Source of the DNA: Actinomycetota bacterium
GTDB lineage: Bacteria; Actinomycetota; CADDZG01; JAHWKV01
Assembly: GCA_019347715.1 (NCBI GenBank)
Contig: JAHWKU010000007.1
Location: 8,349 to 72,348 of the forward strand
Length of the DNA: 64,000 nt
Direction: 5' to 3'
Positions 27,203 through 36,244 of the stretch are shown piece by piece (positions within the stretch are counted from its first letter, which is position 1; the number at the start of each line of letters is the position of its first letter). A program made the position numbers and the translations under genes. The notes beneath the pieces were generated by a model. The model was not told the DNA's origin and ran no database searches. It worked only from the letters and a program-made list of their open reading frames with translations.

Positions 27203-29011
27203 CTAATCGGCGGTCCCGTCGTGGACGGGGGGGCCGGCCTCAGGATCGGGCGCAGCCTTAGCGACATCTCCGGAACGGTCCGGGGTCGGGAGGGGTGTTC
27301 CTTCCAAAGGAAGGACCGGCCCCGGACCGATCCCGAGATGCCTTAACGAGAACTGCATGACCTCTTTGAATGCTGGACCTGCCGTGACTCCACCCCAGAT
27401 CGGGCTGGGCTCGTCGAGGATCACACCAACCACGAGCTGAGGGTCACCAGCTGGAGCGAATCCGATGAACGATCCGATATACCCGGCATAGCCTGCCTGC
27501 CCGTCGGTACGCGGTTTCTGGGCCGTTCCGGTCTTCCCTGCGACCTGATACCCAGGAATCGCCGCAGCTTTCCCAGTCCCGTGCTCGCCCTCGGTGACGC
27601 GCACCAGGATGCTCGCAAGCTGTTTGGCGGTCTTGCTCATGATCACCCTGCGGGTTGCAGCAGGGGGTGACTGTCTTCTCTTTCCATTCGAGTCAATGGT
27701 CGCTGCCAGCAGCCTTGGCTGAACCGCGACGCCGGCGTTGGCAACGGTCCCATACACGTTCATGATCTGCATTCCGGTGACCGCCACGCCCTGACCGATG
27801 GGGATCGTACCCATCGAGGTGCTCCACCAGTTCGCGGTATCGGGCAGGATGCCGCCGGACTCTCCTGGAAAGTCCAGACCAGTCGGCCTTCCATAGCCAA
27901 ACCTGGACAGGTATTCGTGCAGGCGTTCTTTCCCGAGGTCGAGGGCGACCTTGATCGTCCCAATGTTCGAAGATTGCTCGATGACTTCGGCAAACGACAG
28001 CTTCAGGGTCGGGTGCGGGTGTGCGTCTCGGAACACCTTGTTGGATAGGCGCAGGTTATCGGGAACCGTCAACACGTCATCGGGAGCGACCACTCCGCTT
28101 TCGAGAGCGGCCGCAGCAGTGATTACCTTGTTGGCCGATCCAGGCTCGAAGACGTCAACGAGTGCGCGATTTTTTCGCTGATCTGGCGAGCTCATGCCGA
28201 CTTCATTCGGATCGAATGTGGGACTGTTGGCAAGAGCGAGAATCTCACCCGTCCCCGGCTTCATAACGATGATCGTGCCTCCCTTAGCCGACCACTTTTG
28301 CACCGAGCTTTCGAGGACGGTTTCGGCAATGAACTGGATCTCTCGGTCCAAAGTGAGGACGAGATCGTCCCCCGCAGTGGGCTGACGCACGAAGGATTTA
28401 CCTGCCGGAATGGGCCGGCCCGCTGGGTCTCGCTCCATGAACAGCTCTCCCGGTGCGCCGCGGAGCAGCCCGTCGTAACGTTCTTCGAGCGCCCCCAGTC
28501 CGTTGTTGTCCATCCCAACGAATCCGATGACGTGGGCCGCAAGCTGCCCGGCAGGATAAAACCGCTTGGACTCATTGACGGCGTCAACCCCAGGGATGCC
28601 AAGGGCAATCGCCTGCTCGGCAACTTCCTCATCGACTTTGCGGGCGACGTAAACGAAACCTCGGTCTTCGGAAAGCCGCGATTCCAGCTCAGCTCGGTCA
28701 ACTCCAACGACGGCTGCCAGCGACTCCGCCGCCGCTTTGGGATCGGTGATCAAGCGGGGATTGGCATAAAGAGTCTTCATGTCTCTCGATAGCGCAAGCT
28801 CAGAACCATCGCGGTCGTAGATAGAACCCCGCTGCGCCGCCAGCACGATGCGCCTCTCCCTCTGTTCCGCGGCAAGGTCGGAAAACCGATCCGCCGCAAG
28901 GGCCTGGACGTACACGAGCCTCCCGGCGATCCCTGTAAGGCTCATCGTTAGGACGACCAGTACGACGAGAACCCGGCTGCGCGAGACGGCCTTTGCCTTC
29001 TTCGCGCTCAT
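27203..29011 (-). CDS. ftsI: Penicillin-binding protein (division transpeptidase, FtsI/PBP3 class)
   Basis: N-terminal TM anchor, dimerisation domain and transpeptidase motifs (…GSANKVI… SxN, KTGT). Confidence 0.9.
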   Translation of the reverse strand: MSAKKAKAVSRSRVLVVLVVLTMSLTGIAGRLVYVQALAADRFSDLAAEQRERRIVLAAQRGSIYDRDGSELALSRDMKTLYANPRLITDPKAAAESLAAVVGVDRAELESRLSEDRGFVYVARKVDEEVAEQAIALGIPGVDAVNESKRFYPAGQLAAHVIGFVGMDNNGLGALEERYDGLLRGAPGELFMERDPAGRPIPAGKSFVRQPTAGDDLVLTLDREIQFIAETVLESSVQKWSAKGGTIIVMKPGTGEILALANSPTFDPNEVGMSSPDQRKNRALVDVFEPGSANKVITAAAALESGVVAPDDVLTVPDNLRLSNKVFRDAHPHPTLKLSFAEVIEQSSNIGTIKVALDLGKERLHEYLSRFGYGRPTGLDFPGESGGILPDTANWWSTSMGTIPIGQGVAVTGMQIMNVYGTVANAGVAVQPRLLAATIDSNGKRRQSPPAATRRVIMSKTAKQLASILVRVTEGEHGTGKAAAIPGYQVAGKTGTAQKPRTDGQAGYAGYIGSFIGFAPAGDPQLVVGVILDEPSPIWGGVTAGPAFKEVMQFSLRHLGIGPGPVLPLEGTPLPTPDRSGDVAKAAPDPEAGPPVHDGTAD

Positions 29012-29460
29012 CGCCTTCCCAAAAGCGCTTTCAGGTTCTTATCAACCAGGCTCGGCTCAGACTCTGCGACCTGGATCTTCCCGGGAGGGCCAATGATGTA
29101 TTCCTGGGCCTCGGGAACGACCAATCCCAGACTCGCGGCGGCCTCGGCCACTTTCTTGGGTGACTCTGCCGCAGCCACTTCCAGCCGCATGTCGCGGAAT
29201 CTTGCCTCCTGCTCCGAAGCCTGCTCCTGCAGCTCCCGCAAGTGAAATGAGCTCTGCGCGGCATAGATGTGAAGCAGGACAAGACCGAAGATCCCGATCG
29301 CCACAACCAGGAAGGTCGCTGCCAGGAATGGAACGCCAGGCCCGGTCTTTTTGGCCCGCGCTCTCCCCGGCCGCGCACTTACGAGCCTGAGATGGCCTCG
29401 GCTGCGGTTTTTGGAAGACCGCTTTGGAGTCGAACGAGTCTTCGGTTGCGCCGACATCAA
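29008..29460 (-). CDS. ftsL: FtsL-like septum formation initiator (single-TM coiled-coil protein)
   Basis: Basic N-terminus, one TM helix and a short periplasmic coiled-coil. Position between rsmH and ftsI. ATGA overlaps on both sides. Confidence 0.6.
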   Translation of the reverse strand: MMSAQPKTRSTPKRSSKNRSRGHLRLVSARPGRARAKKTGPGVPFLAATFLVVAIGIFGLVLLHIYAAQSSFHLRELQEQASEQEARFRDMRLEVAAAESPKKVAEAAASLGLVVPEAQEYIIGPPGKIQVAESEPSLVDKNLKALLGRR

Positions 29461-30404
29461 GCAGCCGGCCTTCCGAGTTTCTCCGCGACTCTCATCTTGG
29501 CGCTGTCGGAGCGAGGATTGCTTGCGGACTCCTCATCCGTTGGCCGGACGGGCTTCTTGGTAAGCACGCGCAGGTCCGATTCCCGACCGCAGACGCAGAT
29601 CGGAAAGTCGGATGGACACGTGCATCCTCGAGAAAGCTCGGCGAAGGTGCGCTTTGCGATCCGATCCTCGAGCGAGTGGTAGCTGATCACTGCCACCCTG
29701 CCCCCCGGAGCGGTCGCCTCGACGGCGGCAGGAAGAGACTCAGTAAGAGCCTCCAGCTCGTCGTTTACCTCTATCCGCAGGGCTTGAAAGGTCCGTCTGG
29801 CCGGGTGGGGGCCGGTCCTGCGCGTTGCCGCTGGAATGGCGTCGCGGACCACTTCCGCGAGGTCATCCGCTGTAGCAAACGGTTCCTTCGCACGCCGCCG
29901 GACGATCGCCCTGGCGATGCGGCGGGCGAATCTCTCCTCCCCATAACGGGCGATGAGAGAACTTATGCTCTGTTCCGAATAAGTATTCACGATGATCGCC
30001 GCAGTGGTCGGTGCTTCAGGATCCATGCGCATGTCCAGAGCAGCGTTACCCCGATACCCAAAACCCCGGTCGGCGCGATCGAGCTGGGGAGATGAGACCC
30101 CAAGGTCGTAAAGGACCGCCCCAGCCTCCTCATAGCCGTACTCCTCCATCACGTCCGACAGTTGCCGGAAGTTCTTCTGCACGAGGCGGACTCGAGATGA
30201 CTCGAGCTTCGCGGATGCCGCTGCCAGCGCCTGCGGATCCCTGTCGAGACCGAGCACGGAAATTCCAGGATTCCTCTCTAGGAGCGCGGCGGAGTGCCCT
30301 CCTCCTCCGACCGTGCAGTCGATCAGCACGGGAGTCTTCTCCAATCCAGGTGAAAGCCAATCAACGACCTCCCTTAGCAGTACCGGGACATGGTCGAACG
30401 CCAT
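29457..30404 (-). CDS. rsmH: 16S rRNA (cytosine1402-N4)-methyltransferase
   Basis: MAFDHVPVLLREVVDWL…DCTVGGGGHS… SAM-binding signature. Confidence 0.92.
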   Translation of the reverse strand: MAFDHVPVLLREVVDWLSPGLEKTPVLIDCTVGGGGHSAALLERNPGISVLGLDRDPQALAAASAKLESSRVRLVQKNFRQLSDVMEEYGYEEAGAVLYDLGVSSPQLDRADRGFGYRGNAALDMRMDPEAPTTAAIIVNTYSEQSISSLIARYGEERFARRIARAIVRRRAKEPFATADDLAEVVRDAIPAATRRTGPHPARRTFQALRIEVNDELEALTESLPAAVEATAPGGRVAVISYHSLEDRIAKRTFAELSRGCTCPSDFPICVCGRESDLRVLTKKPVRPTDEESASNPRSDSAKMRVAEKLGRPAA

Positions 30405-30413
30405 GACACGCGA

Positions 30414-30542
30414 TTACTCCGCAGCTTTGACAAAGAACAGTGCAATCCCGACCCAGCCGGCCAGAGTGAAGCCGGCAATGGCCAGTAAAAGGACGGTTTC
30501 CGTCAATTCCTTGACCAGCCTTGCTCCTTCGATCCTCTCCAT
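30414..30542 (-). CDS. Candidate 42-aa single-TM micro-protein between mraZ and rsmH
   Basis: ATG preceded by AGGAGGAAG at optimal spacing. Translation MERIEGARLVKELTETVLLLAIAGFTLAGWVGIALFFVKAAE. Its SD overlaps the last codons of mraZ. Confidence 0.45.
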   Translation of the reverse strand: MERIEGARLVKELTETVLLLAIAGFTLAGWVGIALFFVKAAE

Positions 30543-30552
30543 GTGCTTCCTC

Positions 30553-30975
30553 CTAACTCTCCAGCTCCTCGGCGATCCCCTCGTAATCGGAGTTGAGATG
30601 GCCGCGGTAGTTCTCCCAGGCTTCCTTGTCCCAAATCTCTGCTCGATCATTGACTCCGATGAGCACCACCTCCCTGGTCAGGCCGGCGTGCTCTCGAAGG
30701 CTGGATGGAACGGTCACCCGCCCCTGCTTGTCGACGTGTTCTTCCTGCGAACCGGAATAGAGCATGCGCGCGTACTCTCTGGCCGGACGATTCTCGAGAG
30801 CCCTTGCCGATACGCGCTCCGCGTAGGTCGTAAAGTGATCGGGAGTCATTACGTATAAACAGCTCTCGAGGCCTTTGGAGATGACGACGCCATCCCCTAG
30901 CTCCTCCCGCCACCGAGATGGCACGAAGACTCGGCCCTTCGAGTCCAGCGTGTGTCGAAACTCTCCCAAAAGCAC
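30553..30975 (-). CDS. mraZ: Transcriptional regulator MraZ
   Basis: MLLGEFRHTLDSKGRVFVPSRWREEL… duplicated MraZ/SpoVT-AbrB-like halves. Confidence 0.9.
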   Translation of the reverse strand: MLLGEFRHTLDSKGRVFVPSRWREELGDGVVISKGLESCLYVMTPDHFTTYAERVSARALENRPAREYARMLYSGSQEEHVDKQGRVTVPSSLREHAGLTREVVLIGVNDRAEIWDKEAWENYRGHLNSDYEGIAEELES

Positions 30976-31116
30976 CCGTGCGCTCCAACTCTCCTACCCC
31001 TCCGCTAGCCGGCTGGTCCCTCGAGGGGTCCGGATCCGGCAGTGGCGGCTCCACCACTTTGCGCCACGTTACTCCCCTCTTGCACCACCGTCAACCTGTT
31101 TCGGCAGAAAAACTGA

Positions 31117-31185
31117 TCGCTTTAGTGATTCTAGTGACTATTGTTAATTTTTGATGCATAACTACACAGATGTAATTAATAGCCT
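31117..31185. promoter_or_regulatory. AT-rich divergent promoter region between mraZ and the 31192 gene, with direct TAGTGA repeats
   Basis: A ~65-bp segment (tttagtgattctagtgactattgttaatttttgatgcataactacacagatgtaattaatag) is conspicuously AT-rich in a 65% GC genome. It contains TAGTGAtt / TAGTGAct 10 bp apart, and TTGATG-N16-TAATTA. Confidence 0.4.
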
Positions 31186-31191
31186 CCTGGG

Positions 31192-32250
31192 GTGATGGCG
31201 AAGCAGCGGATCGTCCTGCTCGTGATCGCGGTGATAGTTGCGGCAGGACTCCTCCTTTCCCGTCTCGACTTCCCGTGGCGGCCTTCCCCCCAAGGGCCGA
31301 CTCCCGAGGCCGGGTCGCCTGCGTCACTGCCGGAGCTCTCGCTGGTCGTCGAGATCGGAGACGAGCTTCGAAGGTACCAGCTGCCCGGGGCTCAGTTCGA
31401 GGTAATTGAGCCATCACGCGCGCTAGGCATTGGAGGAGCTCGGGTAGAAATTCCTGAAAGCAGGATCTTCTCCCTGTTCCATACCGGCGACAGCGTGGTG
31501 TTTCTGAGAGGAGGCAGGGTGTTCAGCTTCGAACATCCGCGCTACGGGATCCCCTTGGACCTCGGACCGGCCAACTCTGTTTTTCCCGGTCGCACCAGGG
31601 GCAAGGTCTGGATGACACGGCGCACGGAGAAAGGTCTAGAAGTCGGAGAGCAATCCGTTCATCGGTTCGGCGCGGACTCGGTGGCGGAACTCCGGAGCGG
31701 AGAGGTGCCGGTGGCAGAAGTGGACCGTGGATTGATCTCGGTCAACGAAACCCAGAAGGGGGCCCGCCTGAGCCTTCTCGACCGGAGAACGTTCGAAGTG
31801 AAACAGAAGCTAGCCACCGACGGAGTGTTCTTGGCAGCCTCCGGATCATTTGTGGCCTGGAGCGACCGCCCGCCTTGTCCTTCGTCTCGATGCACCTTTC
31901 GCCTGCTCGACCTCTTCGATGGAACCTCGCATCAGATCGAAGGAGCGGAGGGGAGTTTCGGGTTCGTTGAAGGTGGGGCATTCAGTGAATCGAGGGCCCA
32001 TCTTGCGGTCTTCGTACTGAATGAGTCCAGGAGCTTGCAATCGCTGTTTCTCATCGATACTCGAAAAGGATCCGGCCGCGTCATCCCCGGTACCGAGTTC
32101 AACTCGGCGGGTTTTGCCGGCCGAGCAGAGTGGTTCGTAGACCGGGTCTTCTACGGAACAGGATTTTCCGAGATCGGAGTGCATCGCCTAGGGGATACAA
32201 CGGGAGAAAAGACCGGGATCTCTTCCTCGTGGGCCTTTATAGCGATCTAG
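31192..32250 (+). CDS. Hypothetical exported or membrane-anchored protein
   Basis: 352 aa with an N-terminal signal-anchor (IVLLVIAVIVAAGLLL). No recognisable family. Start may be the ATG at 31195, possibly leaderless. Confidence 0.5.
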   Translation: MMAKQRIVLLVIAVIVAAGLLLSRLDFPWRPSPQGPTPEAGSPASLPELSLVVEIGDELRRYQLPGAQFEVIEPSRALGIGGARVEIPESRIFSLFHTGDSVVFLRGGRVFSFEHPRYGIPLDLGPANSVFPGRTRGKVWMTRRTEKGLEVGEQSVHRFGADSVAELRSGEVPVAEVDRGLISVNETQKGARLSLLDRRTFEVKQKLATDGVFLAASGSFVAWSDRPPCPSSRCTFRLLDLFDGTSHQIEGAEGSFGFVEGGAFSESRAHLAVFVLNESRSLQSLFLIDTRKGSGRVIPGTEFNSAGFAGRAEWFVDRVFYGTGFSEIGVHRLGDTTGEKTGISSSWAFIAI

Positions 32251-32260
32251 GGCCTATCTC

Positions 32261-32767
32261 TTACGATGCACTTCCGCTCATCTGAAGGTAAGGCTCCCAG
32301 GTCGGGTGGAGCTTTCCTACCGAAACGATGAGAAAGAGATTGTCCTTCGGAGCCCGCGGCTGACACTTGAGCGTCAGACCCACTTCGTGGGGAAGACGGT
32401 TTTCCTTTCGCGTATTGCACTTCCGGCAGCAGGCCACGACATTTTCCCAGGTGTGGGTTCCTCCTCGTGAACGCGGGTTGACGTGATCGACGTTCTCGGC
32501 CTGTTCACCGCAGTACTGGCAACTGAAGCCGTCGCGCACAAAAACGGCCCGCCGCGACAGAGTCGCTCGGGCCCGATAAGGGACCTTGACGAAATATTTG
32601 AGTCTCACGACCGCCGGAATCGGCACGGTCATCTTCTCCGAGTGGAATGCTCCCCCATCGATGTCGGTGATCTCGGCCTTTCCTTTGAGGACGAGAACGA
32701 CAGCCCGCCGGGCAGGTACTACGCACAGCGGCTGGAATGAGGCGTTAAGGACTAGTGATCTCCCCAA
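32261..32767 (-). CDS. HNH endonuclease (small stand-alone)
   Basis: CQYCGEQAENVDHVNPRSRGGTHTWENVVACCRKCNTRK is a canonical HNH/Zn-ribbon motif. Confidence 0.8.
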   Translation of the reverse strand: MGRSLVLNASFQPLCVVPARRAVVLVLKGKAEITDIDGGAFHSEKMTVPIPAVVRLKYFVKVPYRARATLSRRAVFVRDGFSCQYCGEQAENVDHVNPRSRGGTHTWENVVACCRKCNTRKENRLPHEVGLTLKCQPRAPKDNLFLIVSVGKLHPTWEPYLQMSGSAS

Positions 32768-32811
32768 CCGGTGATACTCCTCTTTCTACTGCGAATCAGT
32801 ATAAGGGCGAC

Positions 32812-33918
32812 TCAGGGAGTTGCCGGATCAGATTCCGTCGAATCGTCCGGGCGTTCACGCCAGATGAGTCGCGCCGGAAGACCGGGATCCTTGTCTTCGA
32901 TGAGATCGGCTGCGGCCCTGCCCATCCTTGGGCCGAATTTGAAACCATGCCCGCTGCAAGCAGATACCACCAGGAGCGGCCCATCTTGCGCGAAGACGAA
33001 GTCCTCGTTGGGAGCATTGGTGTAAAGACAGGTCTCCCCGGCAATCAACCCGGGCTTCTGTCCGGATATCCCCTCGAGCCAGCTCGTCACCTCTTCGATC
33101 CCATCGTCGGTCGGTTCAAATGGCCCAAGATCCGGATCGACTTCTCCACCGTGATGATGAAGCCCGACCCGGATCCCGGCAGCCTCATATCTCTTGGGAA
33201 CCAAGTAGTGGGTCGGCTCGTTCCAGTCGATGATTACGGGCAGGTCCCGGGCAATCGAAAAGTAGGCAACCTGCTCTTTCGTCACTACCAAAGGGAGTTC
33301 GATCTTGGCCGTCTGCGCCAGCTGCCTGGTCCATGCCCCAGCCCCGACGACCGCTCGCTCTGCGGTGATGGAGCCATCTTCGACAACTACCTCGACTCCA
33401 TTGGGTCCGGGCGAAACCGATCGAACCTTGACCCCATATCTGAACTCCGCTCCAGCAAGTGAGGCCAGGTGGGCCTGGGATGCAACGACTTTAGAGGCAG
33501 CGATAACTCCGGTTGATTCCTGAAAGATGCCGTATGAGTCGGCGGCAACATGCAGATCGAACCGCTCGGAGATCTCGGTTGCGTCGAGCTCTTCGAAGGC
33601 AACCCCGCATTCTGAAAGTGCTTGAGCGCAGAGGGCTGCACCTTCTCCGATGTCAATCCCACCCGTGGGCTCCACTACTGCGGCGCCAAGGTCACGCTCA
33701 AGGCGCTGCCAGTCGCGCCAGCCCTCGAGAGCAAGCTCGACATAGATGGGGTCCTGATTGGAAAAACGAAAGATGCGAGTCGGCCCATGTGATGAGCCTC
33801 TTGAATGCCCTGCGTCGAACTGCTCCAGCACCATTACTCGGTGCCCTCGCCGTGACAGTTCGAGAGCGGCAGACGTCCCCATCAGCCCGGCGCCCACGAT
33901 AATTATCTCAGCGTCCAC
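32812..33918 (-). CDS. FAD-dependent amino-acid oxidase (monomeric sarcosine oxidase / N-methyltryptophan oxidase-like)
   Basis: N-terminal dinucleotide-binding IIIVGAGLMGTSAALELSRRGHRVMVLEQ, DAO-fold, 368 aa. Confidence 0.8.
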   Translation of the reverse strand: MDAEIIIVGAGLMGTSAALELSRRGHRVMVLEQFDAGHSRGSSHGPTRIFRFSNQDPIYVELALEGWRDWQRLERDLGAAVVEPTGGIDIGEGAALCAQALSECGVAFEELDATEISERFDLHVAADSYGIFQESTGVIAASKVVASQAHLASLAGAEFRYGVKVRSVSPGPNGVEVVVEDGSITAERAVVGAGAWTRQLAQTAKIELPLVVTKEQVAYFSIARDLPVIIDWNEPTHYLVPKRYEAAGIRVGLHHHGGEVDPDLGPFEPTDDGIEEVTSWLEGISGQKPGLIAGETCLYTNAPNEDFVFAQDGPLLVVSACSGHGFKFGPRMGRAAADLIEDKDPGLPARLIWRERPDDSTESDPATP

Positions 33919-34005
33919 GACCTCAACTATCTCCCGAAGCGGCTAAAGTTGCACCCTCAGGGGGGAGATGGCCGATCACCGAGAACGGCCCCATTGAGGA
34001 GGCGC

Positions 34006-34980
34006 ATGGCTAGGACGAGGAGGGAAACCAGACTTTCCGGATATACGGGCTTTGCTGCGATTTTCGAGGAGATCGTCTCCAACGTTGAAAACGTAATCGA
34101 GGGGAAGTCCGATGTGATCCGTCTGGCTCTCATCACACTAATAGCTGAGGGGCATCTGCTGATCGAGGACGTTCCCGGTGTCGGCAAAACGATGCTTGCG
34201 AAAGCAATCTCGCGAAGCACCTCATGTGTCTGGCGAAGAATTCAGTTCACCCCGGACCTTCTCCCATCCGATATCACCGGCGTCAGCATCTACAACAGCC
34301 AGGCCAAGAGATTCGAATTCAAACCGGGGGCGATCTTCGCCAACATTGTTTTGGGCGACGAAATCAACCGAGCATCTCCCAAGACTCAGTCTGCACTGCT
34401 TGAATCCATGGAAGAACGTCAGGTCACCGTTGATGGGGTAACTCACCCGCTTAGCCTGCCGTTCATGGTGATAGCCACTCAGAACCCTATCGAGCACGAA
34501 GGCACCTATCCCCTGCCGGAAAGCCAGCTGGACAGGTTCATGATGCGGCTGCAGATCGGCTATCCGGATCCGGCGCACTCAATAGAGATTTTGAACCGTC
34601 ACGGGGTCACCGAGCCGGTGGAAAAGATCAAACCGGTCGTCGATACCGAGGGAGTGCTGAGCCTTATCGAGGGAGCTCGCAAAGTTCACGTGGCGGACCC
34701 GCTGAAGAGATACATCGTGGAACTTACCGAAGCAACTCGTTCACACTCCGGCATCTTTCTTGGAGCGAGCCCACGCGCAGCGCTCTTCCTTCTGAAGGCC
34801 GGGAGGGCAAAGGCTGCCTCCGAAGCCAGGGACTTCGCGCTGCCGGACGACGTGAAGGAACTCGCGATACCTGTGCTGTCCCACCGAATCCTGCTGTCCG
34901 CCGAGGCGCAGATGCGGGGACTCTCCCCTGAAGACATACTTACCGAGCTTCTAAACTCCATCCCCATCCCGGCAAAGTAA
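34006..34980 (+). CDS. MoxR-family AAA+ ATPase
   Basis: Walker A GVPGVGKT, Walker B/sensor regions. Length and adjacency to DUF58. Start at MARTRRE… preferred. Confidence 0.9.
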   Translation: MARTRRETRLSGYTGFAAIFEEIVSNVENVIEGKSDVIRLALITLIAEGHLLIEDVPGVGKTMLAKAISRSTSCVWRRIQFTPDLLPSDITGVSIYNSQAKRFEFKPGAIFANIVLGDEINRASPKTQSALLESMEERQVTVDGVTHPLSLPFMVIATQNPIEHEGTYPLPESQLDRFMMRLQIGYPDPAHSIEILNRHGVTEPVEKIKPVVDTEGVLSLIEGARKVHVADPLKRYIVELTEATRSHSGIFLGASPRAALFLLKAGRAKAASEARDFALPDDVKELAIPVLSHRILLSAEAQMRGLSPEDILTELLNSIPIPAK

Positions 34981-34981
34981 G

Positions 34982-36244
34982 GTGGCCACCGGCCGCGGCT
35001 TCGTCGTTCTGACGGTTTCATTCCTCTTTTTGCTCGGCGGCAGACTGTTTGGAATCCGAGATTTCTATGAGGTCGGCGGTGGCCTGGTCCTGATCGTGAT
35101 AGCCGGCATCGCAGTTACGGCCAGGGCCAAGCGATCGGTCTCGGCTGCCAGGTCTGTCGTGCCTCCTCGAGTTACGGCCGGAAGACCGGCGAGTGTGGAG
35201 ATAACCATCACCAACGACGATCGCCGCCAGACTCCTCCCCTGCTGTACAGGGATACGTTGCCTCCCCATCTGCTCGGTAAGAGTCGCTTTGGCGTCACGC
35301 CGGTTCCAAGTAATTCAAAGAAGACCGCGGCCTACGAGGTGGTCGGTACGAGAAGAGGCGTCTATGACATCGGCCCCGGGGAGCTTACTTTCACAGATCC
35401 ATACGGGACCGCTAACAAACGAGTTCAGCTCGTGGGGACATCGCGGATCACCGTACATCCCGAGGTCGAAACCCTGGCGCAGAGCGGAGGACTAGGAGAA
35501 CGCTTCGGGTCCGGAAAGATGAGGCGCTTCGCCCCCACAACCAGCGGCGGCGAGTTCTTCACCTTGAGGGAGTTTCAGGCAGGAGACGACTTGAGGAAGA
35601 TCCACTGGCCATCGACGGCGCGATTGGGAAAGCCGATGCTGAGACAAGAGGAACAGCAACGACAGATGCTCGCGACCATAGTCCTGGACGATCGTCACGA
35701 CCGACATCGTCTGGGGAGCCCGGATTCATTCGAGCAAAGTGTCCGGTCTGCCGCCTCGATGATCGGCCTTTACATGGGGTCAGGTTTTTATGTCCGGCTT
35801 GCGTTCGTGGGCGCACCCGGCCCCGGCGGCAGGACCGAGTTTGGCCGTGGAACAGACCATTACAACCATCTGTTGGATTCGCTTGCCGTGGTTACCACCA
35901 CCAGACAGGGGGATCTGGCTGCCAAGCTTGCATCCCTTCGAGCAAGCTCCACGGGGGGCGTCCTGGTGATCGTCACAACCGACGCAGAGTCTGCTTACGG
36001 CGCTCTCAGAGATCGACTTGCGGATCGAAGTGCATTCAAAATGGTCGTGATTCATCCCCTTCACGACTTTCTCTCCGTGACGGACTCCGAACGGGCGGCT
36101 AGAGAAATGAGCTTGGACGGCGTTTTAAGGCTGATGCGCGACTCCGGCATCACGCACGTAGTGTCCAGAGCCGGTCGCTCTCTCGCAGAGGCTTGGGTCG
36201 AGAGGCAGGGGGCCCCGCATGCAGCCCGCGGAGGCGCAGCTTGA
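34982..36244 (+). CDS. DUF58-family protein (vWA-like partner of MoxR)
   Basis: Two N-terminal TM helices, then the DUF58 signature …DDLRKIHWPSTARLGKPMLRQEE…. Confidence 0.85.
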   Translation: MATGRGFVVLTVSFLFLLGGRLFGIRDFYEVGGGLVLIVIAGIAVTARAKRSVSAARSVVPPRVTAGRPASVEITITNDDRRQTPPLLYRDTLPPHLLGKSRFGVTPVPSNSKKTAAYEVVGTRRGVYDIGPGELTFTDPYGTANKRVQLVGTSRITVHPEVETLAQSGGLGERFGSGKMRRFAPTTSGGEFFTLREFQAGDDLRKIHWPSTARLGKPMLRQEEQQRQMLATIVLDDRHDRHRLGSPDSFEQSVRSAASMIGLYMGSGFYVRLAFVGAPGPGGRTEFGRGTDHYNHLLDSLAVVTTTRQGDLAAKLASLRASSTGGVLVIVTTDAESAYGALRDRLADRSAFKMVVIHPLHDFLSVTDSERAAREMSLDGVLRLMRDSGITHVVSRAGRSLAEAWVERQGAPHAARGGAA

